Assembly: GCA_963677115.1 (NCBI GenBank)
Contig: OY781874.1
Location: 2,937,618 to 3,001,617 of the forward strand
Source: an uncultured Allomuricauda sp.
Lineage (GTDB): Bacteria; Bacteroidota; Bacteroidia; Flavobacteriales; Flavobacteriaceae
Length of the DNA: 64,000 bases
Reading direction: 5' to 3'
Every line of letters begins with the position of its first letter. Position 1 is the first letter of the stretch. This document shows positions 1 to 7,021 of the stretch, piece after piece. The notes under the pieces are model-generated. The model saw only the letters and a program-made list of their open reading frames with translations. It had not been told where the DNA came from and ran no database searches. Both the position numbers and the translations under genes were made by a program.

Positions 1-2
1 CC

Positions 3-389
3 ACTGCGACAGTGGAGGAAGAAAGAACACTTAGGGAGTATTTTGCACAAGACGAGGTCGCTCCTCACTTGGAACAGTACAGGCCTATGTTCAGCTACTT
101 TTCCATGGCGAAGGAAGAAAAGTATACCAAGCAGGTACCATTAAAACCTAGAGTAAACTATTACAAGTGGCTATCCGTTGCGGCGGCAGTAGTTTTGACC
201 TTCGGTATTTATTTTGGTAATCAGTACCAAGAAACAAAACGGTTGGAGGAACAAAAAGCAGAATATGCTTACCAAGAAACCAAAAAGGCTTTTGAACTCT
301 TAGCGGAAAATTTTAACAAGGGTACCGAAAAAGTGGCCTATCTAAAAGAGTTCGAAGAGGCAAAAGACAAAATTTACAATAACAATTAA
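3..389 (+). CDS. 5'-truncated single-pass membrane protein, possibly anti-sigma-factor-like, upstream of the DUF4252 pair
   Basis: Frame is open from the window edge; one hydrophobic helix (WLSVAAAVVLTFGIYF) followed by a helical C-terminus; this arrangement ahead of DUF4252 genes is typical of Flavobacteriaceae. Confidence 0.55.
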   Translation, partial: TATVEEERTLREYFAQDEVAPHLEQYRPMFSYFSMAKEEKYTKQVPLKPRVNYYKWLSVAAAVVLTFGIYFGNQYQETKRLEEQKAEYAYQETKKAFELLAENFNKGTEKVAYLKEFEEAKDKIYNNN

Positions 390-402
390 AAAACGTAACA
401 AG

Positions 403-942
403 ATGAAAAAGTATATTTTAATCACAGTAATGGCACTATTGCCTTTGGCAGGTTTTTCACAATCCCTTTTTGATAAGTTTGAGGATTTGGATGAAGTTAC
501 ATCCGTGGTGGTAAACAAAAGTATGTTCAATCTGCTTGCAAAAATCGATGTGGAGGTAGACGATCCCGAAGCACAGGACTTTATGGATATAGCAAGTAGC
601 TTAAAAAGTCTAAAAGTGTTTACTACCGAGGACAAGAAAATCGGCAATGATATGAAGTCTTCGGTGGACAGCTACCTGAGGTCTTCAAAAATGGAGGAAT
701 TGATGAGGGTAAAGGACAAAGATGCCAATGTCAAATTCTATATCAAAGAAGGTAGGGATGCAGACCACGTTAGCGAGCTGCTTATGTTCGTGACGGGTTT
801 GGGAGATGTTGAGGCGAACGGCAGAAAGTTTGAAACGGTTATTTTGTCCCTTACTGGTGATATTGACCTGAACAAAATCGGTTCGTTGACCAAAAAGATG
901 AACTTGCCCGAAGAGCTCAACGAAGCAGGCAAGAAGAATTAA
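403..942 (+). CDS. DUF4252-like exported protein
   Basis: 179 aa, signal peptide ending AGFSQ, ELMRVKD and LSLTGDIDL motifs recalled for this family. Confidence 0.7.
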   Translation: MKKYILITVMALLPLAGFSQSLFDKFEDLDEVTSVVVNKSMFNLLAKIDVEVDDPEAQDFMDIASSLKSLKVFTTEDKKIGNDMKSSVDSYLRSSKMEELMRVKDKDANVKFYIKEGRDADHVSELLMFVTGLGDVEANGRKFETVILSLTGDIDLNKIGSLTKKMNLPEELNEAGKKN

Positions 943-1056
943 TCATACTACAGTTGACAATAGTAGGTGGGGTATTGTAACAAAATACAAGTAAAACCAA
1001 CTTATTATTGTCAACTGATTTTTTAGATTTCAGAATCAATCAAAAACATAGAGAAA

Positions 1057-1596
1057 ATGAAACAGATCATTAAAACCATGTTGGTGGCCGCTACGGTACT
1101 GTTGGCATCATGTGCTTCGCAGCCCAGTCTACAGGAATATTATGTGGACAATTCCGAGAATCCCAACTTTTTATCCATAGACGTGCCGGCAAGCATTCTA
1201 AAATTGAACGAGGAGGAATTGAACCCGACGCAAAAGGAAGCTATCGAATCGCTTCGTAAGTTCAATCTGTTGGCATTTAAGAAGAATGCCGACAACGAGG
1301 CGGACTACGAGATGGAAAAGAAAAAAGTACGTGAAATCCTTAAAGGAGATGATTTTGTGGAATTGATGAAAATCAATTCAAAATATGGCAAGGGAGTCAT
1401 TAAATACCTAGGTGACGAGGATGCCATTGATGAAGTCATCATTTATGGGGATAGTGAAGATAAAGGCTTTGCCTTGGTTCGTGTACTGGGAAAAAATATG
1501 AACCCGGCACACATTATCCAATTAATGCAGGCCATTCAAAAATCTGATTACAAAGGAGAAGGATTAGGAGAGATAGGAGATTTTCTTAAGGGTTAA
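1057..1596 (+). CDS. DUF4252-like lipoprotein
   Basis: Lipobox LASC, ELMK and FALVRVLG motifs; paralog of the preceding gene. Confidence 0.7.
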   Translation: MKQIIKTMLVAATVLLASCASQPSLQEYYVDNSENPNFLSIDVPASILKLNEEELNPTQKEAIESLRKFNLLAFKKNADNEADYEMEKKKVREILKGDDFVELMKINSKYGKGVIKYLGDEDAIDEVIIYGDSEDKGFALVRVLGKNMNPAHIIQLMQAIQKSDYKGEGLGEIGDFLKG

Positions 1597-1618
1597 TACC
1601 AACCTATTTAAAGATTTG

Positions 1619-1646
1619 AAAAGGGCGACATTTGTCGCCCTTTTTT
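1619..1646 (+). terminator. Intrinsic terminator
   Basis: gggcgac-attt-gtcgccc stem-loop followed by T6, with an A-run upstream. Confidence 0.8.
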
Positions 1647-1722
1647 GTTGTCTCACACAAAAAGTGACCTTCTTTAGTATATTAGTGTCTCAAAATAAGA
1701 ACGCTAACTAAACTAAGGTATC

Positions 1723-2538
1723 ATGGAAAAAGCACAGGAATGGTTCGATTATGCAATTGAATTGGCAAAAGAATTTGGTCCCAAACTAGTCACCGCACTC
1801 ATCATTTATTTGGTGGGTATGTGGGTTGTGAACAAAATTATTAAGGGTACCCGAAAGGTGATGTCCAAAAGTAAGTACGACCTATCTCTCCAGAAATTTT
1901 TACTGAATCTGTTTTCTTGGGCATTAAAGGTATTCTTGATAATCATTGTAATTTCGAGACTGGGGGTAGATGTCACCACCTTTGCCGCAGTGATAGCTGC
2001 TGCCGGGCTTGCTGTGGGCTTAGCGCTGCAAGGCTCGCTCTCCAATTTTGCCGGAGGTGTACTCATCATGATTTTTAAACCGTATAAAATCGATGACCTT
2101 ATTGAAGCACAAGGTGTTTTGGGCAAAGTAAAAGGCATCGAAATCTTTACCACAAAACTGGTGACCCCTCAAAACAGACTGGCCATTGTTCCCAACGGTG
2201 CCATGGCGAACGGGAACATTATCAACTACACTGCGGAAGGAAAAGTAAGGGTAGATGCCGTGGTTGGCGTGGGGTACGATGAGGATATCAAAAAAACCAA
2301 GGAAGTTTTATTAAAGGTGCTGACCTCCAACAAAAAAGTGCTCAAAGATCCGGCGCCTTCCGTAAATGTTTTGGAACTGGCGGACAGCTCCGTGAACTTT
2401 GCCGTTCGTCCCTATTGCAAACCGGAAGATTATTGGGATGTTTATTTTGCTACCTATGAAAACAGTAAACTTGCGTTGGATGAGGCGGGAATTGAAATTC
2501 CATACCCGCACCAAGTGGAAATCCATAAACAGGGATGA
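1723..2538 (+). CDS. mscS: Small-conductance mechanosensitive channel (MscS family)
   Basis: AAGLAVGLALQGSLSNFAGGVLI and PYKIDD motifs; C-terminal GIEIPYP. Confidence 0.92.
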   Translation: MEKAQEWFDYAIELAKEFGPKLVTALIIYLVGMWVVNKIIKGTRKVMSKSKYDLSLQKFLLNLFSWALKVFLIIIVISRLGVDVTTFAAVIAAAGLAVGLALQGSLSNFAGGVLIMIFKPYKIDDLIEAQGVLGKVKGIEIFTTKLVTPQNRLAIVPNGAMANGNIINYTAEGKVRVDAVVGVGYDEDIKKTKEVLLKVLTSNKKVLKDPAPSVNVLELADSSVNFAVRPYCKPEDYWDVYFATYENSKLALDEAGIEIPYPHQVEIHKQG

Positions 2539-2570
2539 ATTTTGCTCCCTTAAACTCATCAAAAGTTAAC

Positions 2571-2592
2571 TATTCCTGCCTTAGTAGGAATA
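2571..2592. terminator. Hairpin between mscS and the displaced purB 3' end (possible ancestral shared terminator)
   Basis: tattcct...aggaata inverted repeat between two convergent stops. Confidence 0.45.
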
Positions 2593-2599
2593 ACAAATA

Positions 2600-2706
2600 C
2601 TACACCCCAGTGTAATTCGCTGGGGTAATTTGTTTCAACTCAGCTTTAATATCATCTGAAACGTCCAAGGTCTCGATAAAATCGGCAATGGATTTTTGGT
2701 TGATTT
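2600..2706 (-). pseudogene. Orphan duplicate of the last 34 codons of purB (INQKSIADF...ITPANYTGV-stop)
   Basis: 2604-2706 is identical to 10358-10460; it ends GTG TAG where the intact gene ends GTT TAA; an in-frame TAA lies immediately upstream, so it is not translated. Confidence 0.9.
2604..2706. repeat. 103-bp perfect direct repeat, left copy (att-like)
   Basis: Base-by-base identity with 10358-10460. Confidence 0.95.
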
Positions 2707-3043
2707 ATCCCAATAAAGAATGGCATCCAAGCACTCTACAACCTTTACTCCCTCTTCCGCTTACAGCTAGGTTTTGTTTTTCCGAAAAGCATCTATATCA
2801 GATGTTTACTTTACTTCTAACAATAAAAATACTACATTTAAGCATCAAAAGCTTACAATAAACCTTTTTAGATTATTGATAAGCTATTTGTTTTTCAAGC
2901 CTGCCTAGGCAGATAACCCCCTTAGAAAACTTTCAACTTCTATTGTAAACCTTTTCGGTTGAGGACCCTAAGTTTTTAACCATGAAGGTTTGGTACGTAT
3001 TGTGGGTACGCTAAATCTTATTAACACTTAACCTATATTAATC

Positions 3044-3565
3044 ATGAAAAAACTACTGATTACCCTATGCCTGCTGGCGGTAAACGCCTGCAGCAACAAT
3101 GACGACAAACCCGTGAACCCAGTGGACTCCCTGCCGCCCATTACCCAAACGGGGGAGGATACGTTTGCATGCCTAATAAACGGCAAGCCCTTTTTTTCTA
3201 GTTATAAAAGGCGAGCTTCATATACATATACCGAAGATGGATATACCTTTTCAATAAGTGGCTCAAGATATGATGATGAAGGAATTAAAACAGTTAGCTT
3301 GGTGGGTTTGGATATTTCAAATTTAATTGAAGAAAAAAATTATTTATTAGAGTCTGAAATGAGTGGCAATTTTTATGGCAGGTACGCTATATACAATTCA
3401 GGTATAACAGCTTACTCTTCATCACATGATACCCCTGGTGTTTTAAACATTACTAAAATTGATTTGGATGAGGGCTTTGTTTCTGGAACATTTGAATTTA
3501 TAGCTAATGACGGAGAAGGAAATATTTTAAGTTTCACCGACGGCCGTTTCGACCTAGAATTTTGA
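3044..3565 (+). CDS. Variable lipoprotein A1 (DUF6252-like)
   Basis: Lipobox AVNAC; LPPITQTGEDTFACLING N-terminal block; SGTFEF...DGRFDLEF C-terminus; family name from recall. Confidence 0.7.
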   Translation: MKKLLITLCLLAVNACSNNDDKPVNPVDSLPPITQTGEDTFACLINGKPFFSSYKRRASYTYTEDGYTFSISGSRYDDEGIKTVSLVGLDISNLIEEKNYLLESEMSGNFYGRYAIYNSGITAYSSSHDTPGVLNITKIDLDEGFVSGTFEFIANDGEGNILSFTDGRFDLEF

Positions 3566-3597
3566 ACAGCTTAAAATCAACCACTTAAAAATTAAAG

Positions 3598-3631
3598 GCA
3601 GCATACCCCAAATCCATAAATTTTAAATCTA
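3598..3631 (+). repeat. 34-nt pre-gene element, copy 1
   Basis: GCAGCATACCCCAAATCCATAAATTTTAAATCTA, starting 40 nt before the ATG at 3638. Confidence 0.9.
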
Positions 3632-3637
3632 CAAATC

Positions 3638-4159
3638 ATGAAAAAACTACTGATTACCCTATGCCTGCTGGCGGTAAACGCCTGTAGCAACACCGATGAC
3701 AAGCCCGTGAACCCAGTGGACACCCTGCCGCCCATTACCCAGACAGGGGAGGATACGTTTGCATGCTTAATAAACGGCAAACCCTTTTTTTCTAGTAAAG
3801 ACAGAAGTGCATTTTATACCTATGCTGATGGTGCTTACACCTTGGGAATCAGTGGGACTAGAAATGATGATATTGGCTTAAGGTCAATTCTTTTAGCAGG
3901 AATCGATATTAAAGAAGGGATTAAAGAAGGAATCTGTCCACTTAATTCTGAAAATAGTGGAAGCTTTGACGCCACCTATCTTATAGATGGAGGAGTCACG
4001 CTGAATTCATCAACAACTGATGAGGCTCCAGGTATTTTAACTATCACTCGATTTGACCTAGAGGAATTTATTGTTTCGGGCACCTTTGAGTTTACGGTGG
4101 TAGATGATGAAGGTAATAAATACGAAATGACCGACGGCCGTTTCGACTTAGAATTTTGA
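3638..4159 (+). CDS. Variable lipoprotein A2 (DUF6252-like)
   Basis: Same conserved ends as A1, divergent middle. Confidence 0.7.
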   Translation: MKKLLITLCLLAVNACSNTDDKPVNPVDTLPPITQTGEDTFACLINGKPFFSSKDRSAFYTYADGAYTLGISGTRNDDIGLRSILLAGIDIKEGIKEGICPLNSENSGSFDATYLIDGGVTLNSSTTDEAPGILTITRFDLEEFIVSGTFEFTVVDDEGNKYEMTDGRFDLEF

Positions 4160-4191
4160 ACAGCTTAAAATCAACCACTTCAAAATTAAAG

Positions 4192-4225
4192 GCAGCATAC
4201 CCCAGATCCATAAACTTTAAATCTA
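4192..4225 (+). repeat. 34-nt pre-gene element, copy 2
   Basis: GCAGCATACCCCAGATCCATAAACTTTAAATCTA, 40 nt before the ATG at 4232. Confidence 0.9.
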
Positions 4226-4231
4226 TATAAT

Positions 4232-4966
4232 ATGAAAAGAACAATTTTTATTATGCTTTCCTTTTTCATCTTCCAGAGTTGTGAAAAGGACGATACCGCA
4301 TTGGATTGCCAAGCCGACTGCACTACTGTGCAGGGCCAAATAGTTACGGCCAAAGGAGAGCCCTTGCCCAATATATCTGTGGCTTTTGATCATTTTGTCA
4401 GCCAAGGAATTGGAAGTTCCCGTCGAAAAATCAAAGAAACAAGGACTGACGAGAATGGTTATTATACCATGAAATTTTTTATTAAAGATGATGAACTCGG
4501 TGTCGAAGCTGATGGACTTTTTGAATTGAATATCGATTACAGCAACCTTGATTCCAAGGTTTACATGAGTACAAATCAATATTATAAACACACGATGTAT
4601 TATTTGGATAAACGGGACACTACAATCGTTTTGGACTTCTATAACCCTAAAAAAGCCTATATCACGGTAAACCTCAATGGTTTTAATCCAAGTACTGAAG
4701 ATGATTATTTTAAGTTAGAATCATTTTTTCCTTCTGGAATAAAAAATGAGAAGAATAGTATATGGGGTTTTGATTATGTATTGGGTTATGGTACAAGTTA
4801 TAAAGCAACCTCGGCCAATTCTAAAATTGACAGTGTTTTAGTTGCGGAAAATGATAATAATTGGATCAGTATCCGGAGATGGAAGGGTGGTGTAAACTTG
4901 ATAGATGAGGACACTATTTTTTTTGTTCCGGAAAACAATTCAATTAAGCTGGATTTTATCTATTGA
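4232..4966 (+). CDS. Variable lipoprotein B1, unknown function
   Basis: Lipobox FQSC followed by EKDD; TVQGQIVT...GEPL resembles a carboxypeptidase-regulatory/prealbumin-like beta domain. Confidence 0.7.
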   Translation: MKRTIFIMLSFFIFQSCEKDDTALDCQADCTTVQGQIVTAKGEPLPNISVAFDHFVSQGIGSSRRKIKETRTDENGYYTMKFFIKDDELGVEADGLFELNIDYSNLDSKVYMSTNQYYKHTMYYLDKRDTTIVLDFYNPKKAYITVNLNGFNPSTEDDYFKLESFFPSGIKNEKNSIWGFDYVLGYGTSYKATSANSKIDSVLVAENDNNWISIRRWKGGVNLIDEDTIFFVPENNSIKLDFIY

Positions 4967-5006
4967 TGAAATACAAGACCATATACTATTTCTAACCATT
5001 TGTTAA

Positions 5007-5040
5007 GCAGCATCCCCCAGATCCATAAACTTTAAATCTA
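5007..5040 (+). repeat. 34-nt pre-gene element, copy 3
   Basis: GCAGCATCCCCCAGATCCATAAACTTTAAATCTA, 40 nt before the ATG at 5047. Confidence 0.9.
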
Positions 5041-5046
5041 CAAATT

Positions 5047-5553
5047 ATGAAAAAACTACTGATTACCCTATGCCTGCTGGCGGTAAACGCCTGTGGCAAC
5101 AATGACGACAAACCCGTGAACCCAGTGGACACCCTGCCGCCCATTACCCAAACGGGGGAGGATACGTTTGCATGCTTAATCAATAGAAAACCTTTTTTTT
5201 CCAGTTACAAGAGACGAGCTACTTACTCAGGAAATTCTATTAGTATAAGTGGTTCGAGACAGGATGATATGGGACTAAGATCTGTGTCTATTCAGGGTTT
5301 TAATCTAGAAATCATTGAGGAAGGCTTGTATGTGTTAGAATTAGAGAAAAGCGGTAGTTTCTTCGGAATTTACTTAGTTGATGGAGGACTCACACTTGAT
5401 ATTGGAACCTCTGATAATTTACCTGGTACGCTAACCATCACTCGATTTGATCTGGATGAATTTATCGTTTCGGGCACCTTTGAGTTTACGGTGGTAGATG
5501 ATGAAGGTAATAAATACGAAATCACAGACGGCCGTTTCGACTTAGAATTTTGA
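5047..5553 (+). CDS. Variable lipoprotein A3 (DUF6252-like)
   Basis: Conserved ends; shorter variable segment than A1, A2 and A4. Confidence 0.7.
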   Translation: MKKLLITLCLLAVNACGNNDDKPVNPVDTLPPITQTGEDTFACLINRKPFFSSYKRRATYSGNSISISGSRQDDMGLRSVSIQGFNLEIIEEGLYVLELEKSGSFFGIYLVDGGLTLDIGTSDNLPGTLTITRFDLDEFIVSGTFEFTVVDDEGNKYEITDGRFDLEF

Positions 5554-5585
5554 ACAGCTTAAAATCAACCACTTCAAAATTAAAG

Positions 5586-5619
5586 GCAGCATACCCCAGA
5601 TCCATAAACTTTAAATCTA
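5586..5619 (+). repeat. 34-nt pre-gene element, copy 4
   Basis: GCAGCATACCCCAGATCCATAAACTTTAAATCTA, 40 nt before the ATG at 5626. Confidence 0.9.
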
Positions 5620-5625
5620 CATAGT

Positions 5626-6144
5626 ATGAAAAAACTACTGATTACCCTATGCCTGCTGGCGGTAAACGCCTGTAGCAACAATGACGACAAACCCTTGAAC
5701 CCAGTGGACACCCTGCCGCCCATTACCCAAACCGGAGAGGATACATTTGCATGCTTAATAAACGGCAAGCCCTTTTTTTCCAGCAAAGACAGAAGAGCAT
5801 CTTATACGTTTACGGATGGCGCTTATACCTTGGGAGTAAGCGGTTCAAGAAATGACGAGATTGGATTGAGAACTATTTCAATACAGGGGATAGATGTTGC
5901 CCCATTAAACGAAGGTATTTATAATCTTGAATCTGAAAAAAGCGGAAATTTTAGTGGACTCTATGGAATAGATGGAGGTCTATTACTTGATGTAGGAACT
6001 TCTGATAATTTACCGGGTACGCTGACCATCACTCGATTTGATCTGGATGAATTTATCGTTTCGGGCACCTTTGAGTTTACGGTAGTAGATGATGAAGGTA
6101 ATAAATACGAAATCACCGAAGGCCGTTTCGACCTAGAATTTTGA
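5626..6144 (+). CDS. Variable lipoprotein A4 (DUF6252-like)
   Basis: Conserved ends; 5' variable part resembles A2, 3' part resembles A3. Confidence 0.7.
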   Translation: MKKLLITLCLLAVNACSNNDDKPLNPVDTLPPITQTGEDTFACLINGKPFFSSKDRRASYTFTDGAYTLGVSGSRNDEIGLRTISIQGIDVAPLNEGIYNLESEKSGNFSGLYGIDGGLLLDVGTSDNLPGTLTITRFDLDEFIVSGTFEFTVVDDEGNKYEITEGRFDLEF

Positions 6145-6176
6145 AAAACTCAAAGTCAACTAATTAAAAATTAAAG

Positions 6177-6210
6177 GCAGCATACCCCAGATCCATAAAC
6201 TTTAAATCTA
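6177..6210 (+). repeat. 34-nt pre-gene element, copy 5
   Basis: GCAGCATACCCCAGATCCATAAACTTTAAATCTA, 39 nt before the ATG at 6216. Confidence 0.9.
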
Positions 6211-6215
6211 CACTT

Positions 6216-6950
6216 ATGAAAAGAACAATTTTTATTATGCTTTCCTTTTTCATCTTCCAAAGTTGTGAAAAGGACGATACCGCTTTGGAATGCCAGACCG
6301 ACTGCACTACAGTGCAGGGCCAGATAGTTACGGCCAAAGGAGAACCCTTGCCCAACATACCTGTGGCTTTTGATTACCAATACATTCTTGGTATTGGTTC
6401 CAAAGTCAGAAGGATAAAAAAAATAACGACCGATAAAAATGGCAATTATAAAATGCAATTTTTTGTCAAGGACGAGGAACTTACCGGAGACGCTGGGGGA
6501 TATTTTGAATTGGTAATCGATTATAGCAACCTTGATTCCGAGGTTTACATAAGTACGGATAGTTATTACTCACTTGCAGTTGGACAGATTAGCAATCGTG
6601 ACACTACGATCACACTGGACTTTTATAACCCTAAAAAAGCCTATATCACGGTAAACCTCAATAGTTTTAATCCGAGTACTGAAGATGATTCATTTATTAT
6701 AAGATCATTTTACCCAACAGGGCGTAAGATTGGCCAAAATAGTTTATTGGATACTGAATATCAAATTGCACAAGGCACAGAGGTTAAAGCTAATTCAGTT
6801 AATACCATTTCAGACAGTGTTCTTGTAGCATTGGAAGACATCAACCGAATTGGTGTGAATAGGAGGAAAAACGGTGTGGAATTGGAGACTGAATACTATA
6901 CAATTTATGTGGACAAGAATAACGAAATAGAATTGAACTATAGTTATTAG
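6216..6950 (+). CDS. Variable lipoprotein B2, paralog of B1
   Basis: Nearly identical first 48 aa and internal RDTTI.LDFYNPKKAYITVNLN.FNPSTEDD block; same length (244 aa). Confidence 0.7.
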   Translation: MKRTIFIMLSFFIFQSCEKDDTALECQTDCTTVQGQIVTAKGEPLPNIPVAFDYQYILGIGSKVRRIKKITTDKNGNYKMQFFVKDEELTGDAGGYFELVIDYSNLDSEVYISTDSYYSLAVGQISNRDTTITLDFYNPKKAYITVNLNSFNPSTEDDSFIIRSFYPTGRKIGQNSLLDTEYQIAQGTEVKANSVNTISDSVLVALEDINRIGVNRRKNGVELETEYYTIYVDKNNEIELNYSY

Positions 6951-6981
6951 GGTGTTATATATAAAAAACATTTTTAATGGC

Positions 6982-7015
6982 GCAGCATCCCTCAAATCCA
7001 TAAACTTTAAATCTA
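6982..7015 (+). repeat. 34-nt pre-gene element, copy 6
   Basis: GCAGCATCCCTCAAATCCATAAACTTTAAATCTA, 40 nt before the ATG at 7022. Confidence 0.9.
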
Positions 7016-7021
7016 TAAATT

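Noticed and set aside
3044-6144. Diversity-generating retroelement
   Set aside because: No reverse transcriptase or non-coding template repeat; the variation includes indels and is not limited to adenine positions; the variable region is central, not C-terminal
3566-7021. CRISPR array (regularly recurring repeat)
   Set aside because: The units between repeats are 500-730 bp intact ORFs, not 30-40 nt spacers, and there are no cas genes in the window
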